The position numbers were made by a program, and so were the translations under genes. A DNA stretch of 64,000 nucleotides from Octopus sinensis. Lineage: Eukaryota. Shown one piece after another: positions 52,468-64,000 of this stretch. The stretch's first letter is position 1. Each line of letters begins with the position of its first letter. The notes below the pieces were generated by a model. That model had not been told where the DNA came from and did no database searches. It saw nothing but the letters and a program-made list of their open reading frames with translations. Where the stretch lies: NCBI RefSeq assembly GCF_006345805.1, contig NC_043005.1, positions 81,840,001 to 81,904,000 on the forward strand, written 5' to 3'.

Positions 52468-54280
52468 TACATACATATATACATACATACATACATGCAT
52501 GCATGCATACATACATACATACATACGTGTAATTATCCATCGCGTTACGTCGCTTCTGTCATGAATTAATATCACGGCACCATTATTAAACTAACTCCTC
52601 ATTCAATACTTCAGTGTAATAACAAATTTAATCTTCCGAGAAAATGATTGCTCATGTACTTAAGCTTAATATATAAACTTTGAGTAATTGGCTGTGTGGA
52701 GAATAGTCTGATTTCGTATACCTGCGAAGAAAATACGTTACTATGTTTAAGTACTGAAATGAAATTCGACCATTCTTAACTCTCATTTTCCTCAGTCCAT
52801 CTTTAACTAAATGAGTCCTGGCGTAGGTATAAAACTATTAAATCCCTTCTCAACTTATCAGGTGTTATGCCTATTTTAAAATCAATAGGATTACGTGTCT
52901 TACCTGTTAAAATTATTAGTTCAATTTATATGTATTAGCTATTAATGTTGTCTACGAGGTAAAGATCACGATCTTGCTGCTGTGATAGGCCTAGCAATAA
53001 CACATTTTAATTCGCTCCAAAACTTAATGCAACTAAAGTTTGACGTATAAAGTAATTGTTTTTGAATGTAATCAGTAGAAATTATTTCCAGCAATGTCGA
53101 ATAACAAGGAAATTAAAGCCAGCGATACAGTGGTGAATGTGAACAGTCAAAATGAGGGAAAGAGAGTATCATTGAACGCGGATTCGCTACATCAGGACCA
53201 ACTTGTGAAACAACTAATACTCACATATATAAATAGGAAGAGATAGATAGATAGACAGGTAGGGAAGCAGTCAGATAGATAGATAGATATCGACATACAT
53301 AAATAATATTACTATAATGGCTATTATGTTCTCAAGTAGGTTAGGAATACAAATCAGGACAGAACAGATATTATTCATTGACAAAGGAGATCACAACCCT
53401 GATCGCATCCTTTTTAGGAACCTTACACTATCTTTCTCGTTTGAAAACAGCAATATAAATATAAAGATACTCACTCACACACGCACACACACACACACAC
53501 ACATACACACATATATATATATATATATACTTATGTTATCGGGTGTAAAAAATGAACGCCGATAATGTTAACTCTGCTAATATTTTGTTCGGTAGTAACA
53601 TTCTCGATTTCCATGAAAAGTCAAAAGAGCTTCATGAAAAATCAAAGTCCTGGAATTATTTTGTGCATCGAACTGATGGTCATGTTTCTATCAGGAATTC
53701 GTAGGAGGAGAAGAATACCATGCTTTGTCTCGCAAAAGAAGAACTAGGCTCCTATCTCCTACCCAGATTTGTCGCGGAAACATCCTTCAGAGAATCTAAG
53801 TAAAGTATCCTGCTTCGAGACTAAAAGATTATATGCCACTGTGCTTTATTTTTGAGACAGTGCATTAGACGAAAACACAGAATCAAATATTGTGCGAACA
53901 CCTATCGAATAGTTGGTTCTGGGTTATTTGACAAAAAGAAATGCATACCTTTACATTTATATTTTCACTCCAGCAATATTTTCATATGCCATCTACAATG
54001 GAAGATTTTTTTTTCTATTTGTTACAGAATAGTTCACTTTATTTCCGTTAGCGTTTTCGCATTTATACCATTGAACACTGTTAAGTGTGTATGGATATAT
54101 ATTTAAAGATATGGGAACATTAGAATGTGTAATGACAGATCCTTAAGAAAATAATGGCATAAATATAAAGTCAATACGATAAATATACAAGCAGTCGCCT
54201 ACGCCTACGAACTTATATACTTATGATTGTATATATATATTTGTATGTATGTGCATATGCTTTTGTGTGTGAGTATATAG

Positions 54281-54332
<52 letters not shown>

Positions 54333-55190
54333 ATATACATATATATGGTGGAGCGCATTCCTTTGAACGCCATGTTAATGTGCGGATAGTAACTATATCT
54401 TATCGCGTACATTCATCTTAAACAAACTAGTCTTAAAATTTAATGTCTCTGAGTAGGCAGATCAGATATATTTATCTATCCTTGGTGCAATGTGTCTATT
54501 TAGTAAACGAAAGTGAATTGTGAAGAAGGAATAGTTGGAAGAATTTGTTTTTCATAGAAACAGTGCGTAAAATCGAAATTAGTTTTGCGGAGGAGAGATT
54601 ATATATTCCCGATGTTATGTTTTCGCTTTATTGATAAAGTAATGTTAGATTTTTGTTTTTGTTTTTGCTCTTTTACGTATGGGCCTATATTATCTCGCAC
54701 AACAGCATAAAGAATTATATGAATGCGTTATGAGAAAATATATAACAAGATGCTTAGTACACATGTGCATACATATGCCAATGTACATGCTTTAATTGAA
54801 ATGTTGCATTAGTTTTCTGGTTATCGACAAACTATTTTTCTGGCTCCTTGATGGAGACACACTTAATGTAAAACTTCTAAAGCAAAATATACTTATACGC
54901 ATAAACATCAAGTATGTACCAATATAATATAAATGTCCAAATTCACATAGATGTGTTAACACACACACACAAACCCAGATACATATCCATGTTAATACAT
55001 GTGCGTACTTGAAAATATAATCGATGCATTTGATGAAATAATTTAGCTTTCAATATTTGTTTCGTTAAAGTATAAAGAGATGTATTTGCAGACATTAGTC
55101 TGTTGAAAGCTACTATTTTGTTTATAGACAGCCATTATTTTACTAATATAAATATACACACTCACTTGTATACAAGTATACAAGTATGAA

Positions 55191-55237
55191 TGTGTGTGTG
55201 TGTGTATGTATGTTTGTGTGCGTGTCTGTGTGTGCAT

Positions 55238-55297
<60 letters not shown>
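55191..55297. repeat. (TG)n microsatellite
   Basis: Direct repeat. Confidence 0.95.
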
Positions 55298-55299
<2 letters not shown>

Positions 55300-56649
55300 A
55301 ACTGTTTTTATCACAAGTTATAGAAGATGCAACTGTTTCAGATTATTTCTCCAGTGGTTGCGAGAACATTTATTTATCTGCTTTCCATTCATTATTGGCC
55401 GAATGAAAATTAAGAAAACATATTTTACCCAGTTTCTCTAAGATATATTAATGGACATTTTAATTTGAATGTATTTGGCGTAAATTTCGTTGCTTTTCTG
55501 ACCAGACGTGAATACACAATAATTTCATACAACGTCGTCCAAGGGCAGTTGTGTATTTAGGGTGAGAAACGAAATCATTTTCTCTCATCAATTGACAACA
55601 GTCAGACGTCTAATGCTCTCGCTTCATCAATGATACGGAATTCTAAATGTGTAGCGTGTAGACTAAAATGCCTAACATAAATCATGGAAATGTCTAAATT
55701 AGAGATAACATTTTAGATCTTTGCAGTTTCATTATATAACAATTCTAAGGGCTTTGATACGGTTTCACATTCTGTACACTCAAAAAAAGAGTGCAAGGTT
55801 TTTTATGTGATTGTGTACAGAAAGTCAAACAAAGGTATTTGTGTTTCGTTACTAAATTGATAACAAGAGAGAGAGACAATCGCCTAATTTTCAAGTAGAT
55901 ATTATATCTAAATGAAAATGGGTCCTGCCAGTTGTTCAAAAAAGATATAAGCAAAGTCAATAGTAAAACCAATGCTAATTTCATTATAAAATTATGAAGA
56001 CGAAGTTTGATCATTCGTCTTCATATAATTGTACTCAAACAACACCAGCTATTATGAGGTTGCTACACCATATTTAGGTCACTTTCATTGTCTTTATAGC
56101 GAAACCTGGCGTTTTGCCAATGCAGATGTTTAGACTGTCTAGTCTATTGTGGCCTCATGCTCTACAAACCATTTCGCGCTGAGAGATTATATGTTATGAA
56201 TACACGTAAAATAGCGAGCAAATTATTAGAGTTACATGAAAATAGATCTAAAAATATTCAACCAGTATTGTAATATGATACCTATCCGAGAACTGTGACA
56301 GAATATTTTGAGATGACTTTACGCATAGGCTGTTTAAATACAATCCGTCTAGAAACGAATTAATTTGCAAGCTCTCAGCAAGGCCGCCATTTATTTGCTA
56401 TTTGATATGTCTGTTCACCAGTAAAATTATAATTTGTTCTAAATCTTATTTCTTGGCACAGTCAATATTTACTCAACATGTAAGGATGGAATATCCAGCA
56501 TGGTTATATCAGCAGGCAGAGCAGTGTGTTAGCATAGGCGATAATTTTAGATACTATATAACCATTGAACGTACAAATAGACGTAAACACATATATGCAT
56601 TAACACACATGAAAATAACATTTGCCTATAATATAAATATATTTTCATG

Positions 56650-56701
<52 letters not shown>

Positions 56702-57197
56702 TGTATGTATATACATATGGACTTGCAACTTGGATTAGTTACAATCTCCCTTACATATGTATGTATATGTGCGCTGTTTATTGTACATGCACATGGGTAG
56801 CTTGAGTAGCTTAAATATCTACATGTACATATGTAAATGATCAGTTTAGTACTAAGAGTATTTATTTTGAAATACGCGCCTTCTATACAACGCCTTTCAT
56901 TTAAATATTATCGATTTTTTAAGTCACCCTAAAATGAAGGACAAAATATCTTTAATTATATAATATTCGAGGAACGTAATTAGTGTGACAATCACAGAGG
57001 AAAATACATATATATAACATATGGCATAAGCATCACTTTCAGATTTCGAAAGCACATTTCATGTGTAGATATCTATCCTTTAAGCATATGAAAAAGAATA
57101 ACAGGATTCTCGCTGCTTTCAGTGCACATGATGAATTAAGATCGCTTTGGTGAGCATCAGCATGCATCAAAAAATTTCTTTGCTGAAATTCTGTAAC

Positions 57198-57253
57198 GAG
57201 CCACATTTTGTTTTTGTTGAGATGCGAGCCACATTCTGTTTTTGTTGAGATGC
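57198..57253. repeat. 28-bp tandem duplication
   Basis: GAGCCACATT(T/C)TGTTTTTGTTGAGATGC twice. Confidence 0.9.
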
Positions 57254-57439
57254 AGGATAGTTTTGACTGATGTGACATAACCATGTCAAAATACTGCATT
57301 TTATCACAGTTCCATTATCTGAAGGAATCCAGCGTGCGGTGATTGTGCATCGTCTAAAAGAAGCTGTTCTCCAAAGACGAAATTTAATAGCGTTTAGCAT
57401 ATTCAGGTTCAAGTTTGCCAGAACGTATTGAATAATGCT

Positions 57440-57630
57440 TTCTATTTTGGCAGAAGGCCAGCGATATCAGGTGAAGGGATAAATCGATTACATCGACAAC
57501 GGCGTTCATCTGGGAGTTATTTTATCTACTCCGAAGGGATAAAAGATAATGTCGACCCTCGGTGGAATTTCAACTGAGACCGTAAAGATGAACTAAATGC
57601 CACTAGATATTTTGCCTGGGGCGCAAGCTT
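57440..57630 (-). mobile_element. SINE family A, diverged
   Basis: ATCGATTACATCGAC..GTCGACCCTCGGTGGAATTT. Confidence 0.7.
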
Positions 57631-59084
57631 TCCGCATGGAATGCGTTAATAATAAACATATGTGTCATAACGTTGATGGTCACACATCCCTGCGCATGTG
57701 TTTAATTAAATACAGTAAGGTAAGAACGACATGCATTAATTAATAATTTGTTTCCTGAATTGTTTAACTAAAAGACACATTTCTTGTTTAAAACCATTGA
57801 CCCCAATGTAGCTTTGACTGAAAGGAAACACTGCGATGTCTAAAAATCCCTTTGTTACAATGATTCAAGAGTTTTAAGCAGACATAGGGTTAAAAGAAAA
57901 TAAAGGTTCCCAGAGTGAGATTTACCCCTGTGATTAGCACATTTACGTTCGAATCTGCTGGAAACTGTTAGGGATAAATATATATATATATGATTGCTTT
58001 CATTTTTGCTGCTCTCCGTGCACAAGATGAGTTAATATGTGGAAGTAATCATTACTTCTGAATAAAGATTCTTTTCTGTTTTATGCAATATTTACAAGTA
58101 ATTTTCTATGTATTTTGCCAGCTTACAAAACGACGTGAATCTTTCTCTCCGTGTACATATGAGTTGGAAAGAGAGAGCTAAGATATCTAATTAAATTTGT
58201 CAATTTTACACCTCCATTTTTTAGACTGACAAACCATTCATAAACTTCGCTAAATGCCATTAGGTGAAAGATGTTTTTACTTAAACATTCGGATTTTTAT
58301 ATGAGCACAACACAACAATGTTGAACGTTTAAACTTACTTTCAAAAATATCGTCTAAATTTTATATGAATTTTTGATTACAATAACCGGACAATTACCTT
58401 TCATTGCGATGTCTATGTCTTCATTTGATATGTATTCTCTACGTTGTGCAACAAAATATCCTCGTTATATATAAATCACAGTCAATGGCGGAGAATGACA
58501 TTTTGATTTTATTATTAAACATTAAAGACAAAGCTCGATTTGCATCACATGGAAATTAAACAATACAAGCATTATATTAGTTACATTGCATCATATAAGG
58601 ACATACTTGAATTAACATTTGCGCTTTATTTACGATACGACATTTTGAACGTTGCATCTTGGATTTCAATGCTAGTTTATTAAATTTCAAGTGTGCTATA
58701 GAATACCGTGTCCCATGTATTCCATTGTAGTTTACCTTTGGAAATACAGTATTCATGTACGCGGTAGTTTCAAGAATTCAATACAATATTAACATTGCTA
58801 TGTGCATAAGGAAATTTATAACACAGTGTACTCAAATGTAATATAATGTAGTATTAGCGATTGATTAACTTCAGAATTTTAATATCTCCCATAACTATAC
58901 AGAGTTAACCTCTCATCTCTCCTTTAGAAATTATTGAGGTAATTATCATATAAATTACTAATTTAAAACAATTAGTTTTGTGAAAAATAGATAGAAGTAA
59001 ATATATGAGAAAGGAAAAAGTTGAGTCTTAAATTGAATTGTTAATTTGCACAATCATCTGTGGTTAAATAGTACAAGATCTTGC

Positions 59085-59575
59085 AGCGAGATTGGCAGAT
59101 ACGTTAACACGCTGGGAAAACCTTTTAAGGTGGCAGTTTAGTAGAGTTGTTAGTTCACCTGGCAAAATGATTTGCAGCATTTTGTCCGGCTTGATACTCT
59201 GAGTTCAGCTTCCACCGAGGTCGACTTTGTCTTTAATCCTTTCAGTATCGATAAAATAAGAACCATTGGAACACTAGCAACGATGAAATCAACTTACCCC
59301 CACCCACACGAACTTGCTGGCCTTGTGTCAAAATTTGAAACCAATATTATCAGTTCTTAGAGCGATGAACTAGTAGACTCGTTACCGCACTGGACAATAT
59401 ACTTAACGGCATCTCTTTGGATTTTACTTCTTAGGTCAAATGACAACGGTGTCAAATTTACGTTTAATCTTTCCGGGGTTGACAAAATACGTACCGGTTT
59501 GTCACTGATATCAATGAACTTGACTTAGACCCTCTCCAGAAATTGCTGGCCTTTTATCAAAACTTGAAACCAATA
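59085..59575 (+). mobile_element. Two head-to-tail diverged SINE family A copies
   Basis: Both end in TGCTGGCCTT..TCAAAA.TTGAAACCAATATT. Confidence 0.75.
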
Positions 59576-60079
59576 TTTACATTTCGAGGTGCGCCCTCAC
59601 CTTGAGCCTAAATTACATCACCACAAAACTTCGTTAATTACATGTCGGCAGAAATTGATTGCGTTGTTTTGCAGTTATTTATTAGTTCACTTCACTCTCT
59701 CACAGATATTCATGTTTTTTACAAGCAGTCATGAGCTTTCAAAATATCTGAATGCAAAAGGTTATTTCCCTGAAATTGTCGTCGTATATAAATGTAAAAC
59801 AAAGAACTCTCTTTACGTTTAGTGGTCAGAATAAACTGAAGAAAACTTCTAGAACCTCGTTACAATCACGTCTGAATTATGTAGCTGCCTAATTCACTTC
59901 ATCATATACTATTGCCTTAATACTGCGTATTTTAAAGTCCTATAAGAATATAGATTACTGAGTGTAGGCTTACCCCTAGAAAATTCATTTACATACATAC
60001 ATGTATACATATCAATAAATGTTTGTTCATGTGCGCATATATACATTTCTATGTATACGTATTTACACACACATGCATG

Positions 60080-60163
<84 letters not shown>

Positions 60164-61974
60164 TGTGTGTGTATGTAAGTATATGCTTACATACATCTTT
60201 ATATACGTGTATGTGTGTCATTGCGTTCCACATAATTCAAGCATTTTCTACCATAATTTTGTGTTGACTTGAGATCTGTATGTGAAATTACAGACAGACG
60301 CATTCCGGAAACGTAATGGATGAATTCTGTCTGTTGTTGGTTGCGTCATTAATGCCACCGGGTTTTAATATAATTCCCAAACGCTGGTTTCTTATTCCTG
60401 CAACACATAATCAATTCTTCTTCACTTAGCTGAGCATGTTAATCTCTTTAACTTGTCTTGGATGCTGCATGTTACATTTTAACCAAATTATGGAAAATAT
60501 TACATGTGTTGAACATCGTAGAATGCGACATTTTTGCAACTGGCTTCAGCATCCAGTGCGGTTTCCGCGCCCATATGGATGCCTGTCACTTTTTTAATCT
60601 GCGGAAACTTAATGATGTTTGTTGAAGTACACGCCTCAGAATTCTATGTTATATATTTCTGAATAAATAACTGATAATTCTAGTGTTTATAATTTAAATA
60701 TAAGAAAGCTTTTCTTTACACGTATCTTATTTTGAGCTGACTAAATAGTAACGGCATCTTCTCTAGTTATTTTTTTTATACCAATTACTTTCTGTTCTGT
60801 TTTCCTAAGTTGTATTCATTACTGGTCTGGTAAGAAAGTGCACGTATCAAAACATGCCAGGCTCAGGATATAATTGTGTTTTAGAGTTAAGAAAAATTTA
60901 AAGTAACATGGCTCTGAATAGAAAAGAGAAATTTGGAAATGTTTGTTTATATCAAGCACAAATTATCCATATCGTAATTTCGGGGGAATGCTCTCACTGA
61001 ATAAATACATTCAACAAATGACTTAAAATGTAAGCTGCCGCCTTACAAATACATCGATCACTCACACAATGATGCTCCGAGAAATATGAAACAAGTAGAG
61101 GTTTTGAAGTTAATAATAGGTTGTATTGACATAAATATCACATACAATATTAAAAGGAAGCCTCAGAAAACAATAGTGACATGGCATATAACTAACTGCA
61201 GCTCATTGGTTAGGAAGCATCTAACTATCCCAAAAATATTCGATTCATCTCCTCTCCATATAAACAATAGCCACGTTTAGGTCTTAAAATAAAACATTAA
61301 GATTCGTTTGAACGTCCTTTTCCATATCAGCCCTTGTTTTCATCCTTTTGTAAGTTTGTTATTTTTAAACTGTTTTGACTTTAATCAACTTCGAAGATGG
61401 CCACCATTTTATAAATTCATATGCATGCTCAAGTTGACACTATTTCAAGCATTTCATTTGGTTACAGTATTGAACTGCGGTGCCTTTGATTTCGCCATTC
61501 TATTCTTCCTTCTTATTCTTTCACAACATCATCTGCATAATACTTGATGCATTTTAACTATTCAATTTAAGCTATTTTCAAATTTTGCTTTCCAATTGTT
61601 CCTGCCGTATTACTTAAAATGAAGTCAGGGATATATTTAACTCAGATTAATTTACTCTAATATTTATTATGTATTTTGTACTGAAAATAAAAGATAGAGG
61701 CTTCAATGGTTGCCATAATTTAGTACAAGCTTCAAAGGTGTTACGTGAACATTAAACGTTCTTTTCATTCCAACATACATACCCTCAATCCCCCCCAACA
61801 TCTACATTCATCATGTATAAAATTATTCTGATGATAAATATAGATCTTATATTAGTTGATTTTGCCTTTATAAAATATATTCCAATGATGTTTGACCAAA
61901 TTAGAATTCGTTCTCTATAAAGCTATTTATTCTTTTCTTTTGCAATTTCCATTACTACAAAGAAACCCGAAGCG

Positions 61975-62180
61975 ATGAGCTGTAACTATCGTTAGAGCAT
62001 CAGACGAAATATCCAAGCGGTATTTCTCCTGACTCGTTACATTCTGAGTTCAAATGCTGCGATCACTTTCCTTTTACCTACCCAAAGTCAATAAAGTAAA
62101 GCAGCCGCCAAGCACTGAAAACCATAATATCCACCATGCCTCTCACATCGTACTGCGTTCCTTGGATCGAAATTTCAAAC
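61975..62180 (+). mobile_element. SINE family A, diverged
   Basis: ACATTCTGAGTTCAAAT..AAATTTCAAAC. Confidence 0.6.
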
Positions 62181-62880
62181 TATTATTATTATAATATTGT
62201 TAATAGAAATGTTTGTGCTGCTGATAAATATTCTCCTACCTCTTATCATTCATGTGAGGAGGAAAAATTAATAGCTAACGATAACATTTCAATAATAATA
62301 TTGATAATATAATATTAATCGTATTTCAAATATCATCTGTATTTTACATAACTAAACGATTAAAATAACCAAACAAATACCTATCATTCTGAGGTCGATG
62401 TCTTCGTTTGATATTTATTTCCAGCGTTGCGGACGAAATATCACCCTTGAATATGAATCACAATGAAAAGACGACACTGGCATTTACATTGAATTGCGAA
62501 CACTATAGAGAAAGTTCGATTTCCATCGTATGTAAATTAAATGCAGCAAGAATAATATTAGCTGCATTGCAACATATAAGGATATGCTTGAATTAACAAC
62601 TATGCTCTATTCAGCAAAGGATACCTTTGTGAATTCACATTCACTATAACGATATTTCGAACGTCACGTCTTAGATTTTAATGATAGTTTATTCGTTTTC
62701 GAATGTGCTAAGGGTATTCATGCTTCTATTCGAAGTAGTTTAGATTCGAGAATAGGATACTCATTTACATTGTAGTTCTGAATGTTCTTTATGTTAATAA
62801 CATTGCTGTGAGAATATGGTTATCTATAATTCAGTAGACTGAAATGTAATTTAACATTAAATTTCTCATTTAATATTACT

Positions 62881-64000
62881 TTCAAATTTTGGCAGAAGAC
62901 AGCCATTTCCGGCGAGGCGGCTAGCAGATTACATCGACCTCTGTGCACAATTACTACTGATTTTCTTGACCCGGAAAGAATGAGAGACTAAGTCGACCGC
63001 GTGGGAATTTAAACTCAGAATATAAAGACGTATGAAATATATATTTCTTTACTACCCACAAGGGGCTAAACACAGAGGGGACAAACAAGGACAGACAAAC
63101 GGATTAAGTCGATTACATTGACCCCAGTGCGTAACTGGTACTTAATTTATCGACCCCGAAAGGATAAAAGGCAAAGTCGACCTCGGCGGAATTTGAAATC
63201 AGAACGTTACGGCAGACGAAATACGGCTACGCATTTCGCCCGGCGCGCTAAAGTTTCTGCCAGCTCACCGCCTTTTCGACGGATGAAATATAGTTATGCA
63301 TTTTTTTCCGGTACGCTAATGGTTCTGCCAGTTCTCTCTTTTAATATTGATTTCAAATCTTGACACAAGGCCAGCATTTTGGTGGGAGGAGATAAGTCGA
63401 TCACATCGAGTACAGTGTTTCACTGGCAGTTAAATTATCGACCCCGAAAGTATAGATGGACGAAATACCGCTAAGAATTTTTCCCGGCGTGCCAGCGATT
63501 CTGCCAGCTGCTGCCTTGACTCTCACCTTCTTGTTTTAACAATTATAAATTCTACCGAGGTCGACTTTGCCATTTATCCATTCGGGGACGGTAAAATATA
63601 TACTTTTATACTCTAGGCACAAGACCCGAAATGCTTGTGGAGGAAGGGGCCAGTCGATTACATCGACCCCAGTACACAACAGGTACTTAAGTTTTCGATC
63701 CCGAAAGGATGAAAGGAGAGTCGTACTCGGCGGAATTTGAACACAGAACGCTAAGCATTTCGCCAGGCGTACAAACGTTTCTTATTTCTTTACTGCCCAC
63801 ATGGGGCTACACTCAGAGGGGACAAACAAGGACAGACAAACGGATTAAGTCGATTATATCGACCCCAGTGCATAACTGGTACTTATTTAATCGACCCCGA
63901 AATGATGAATGGCAAAGTCGACCTTGGCGGAATCTAAACTCAGAACGTAGCGGCAGACGAAATACCGCTAAGCATTTCGTCCGGAGTGCTAACGTTTTGC
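62881..64000 (-). mobile_element. Dense nested cluster of about five SINE family A copies, mostly minus strand, running off the window end
   Basis: Young copy 63042-63277 with a 15-bp TSD inside an older copy; further copies at ~63350-63530, ~63605-63780 and 63781-64000; + fragment at ~63545-63600. Confidence 0.85.

Noticed and set aside
53697-53800. Possible plus-strand terminal exon EFVGGEEYHALSRKRR..
   Set aside because: Isolated, with no supporting neighbouring exon or recognised homology

Overview
AT-rich, microsatellite-dense animal genomic DNA, apparently intronic or intergenic. The repeat families resemble those of a coleoid cephalopod, most likely Octopus; this is recognition from memory, not a database match. 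No host gene could be identified with confidence, and almost all ORFs in the track are translations of (TA)n, (CA)n or (GA)n repeats. The window holds many copies of at least four tRNA-headed SINE families (labelled A-D here), mariner/Tc1 fragments and MITEs, palindromic MITEs, and decayed non-LTR retrotransposon pieces (RTE, HERO-like, R4/Dong-like, possibly CR1/L2-like). It also has a 5' Helitron Rep fragment with 23-aa repeats and a 100-N gap at 18886-18985. The most interesting signal is five minimal Penelope-type (type I) hammerhead ribozyme motifs in two unrelated non-coding repeat families. One family is a Pol III tRNA-headed SINE-like unit carrying a hammerhead, with an inverted copy of its own body upstream (7593-7990). 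The other is a head-to-tail array of three ~200-nt hammerhead units resembling non-LTR retrozymes (49387-49986). A few low-confidence candidate exons are listed.
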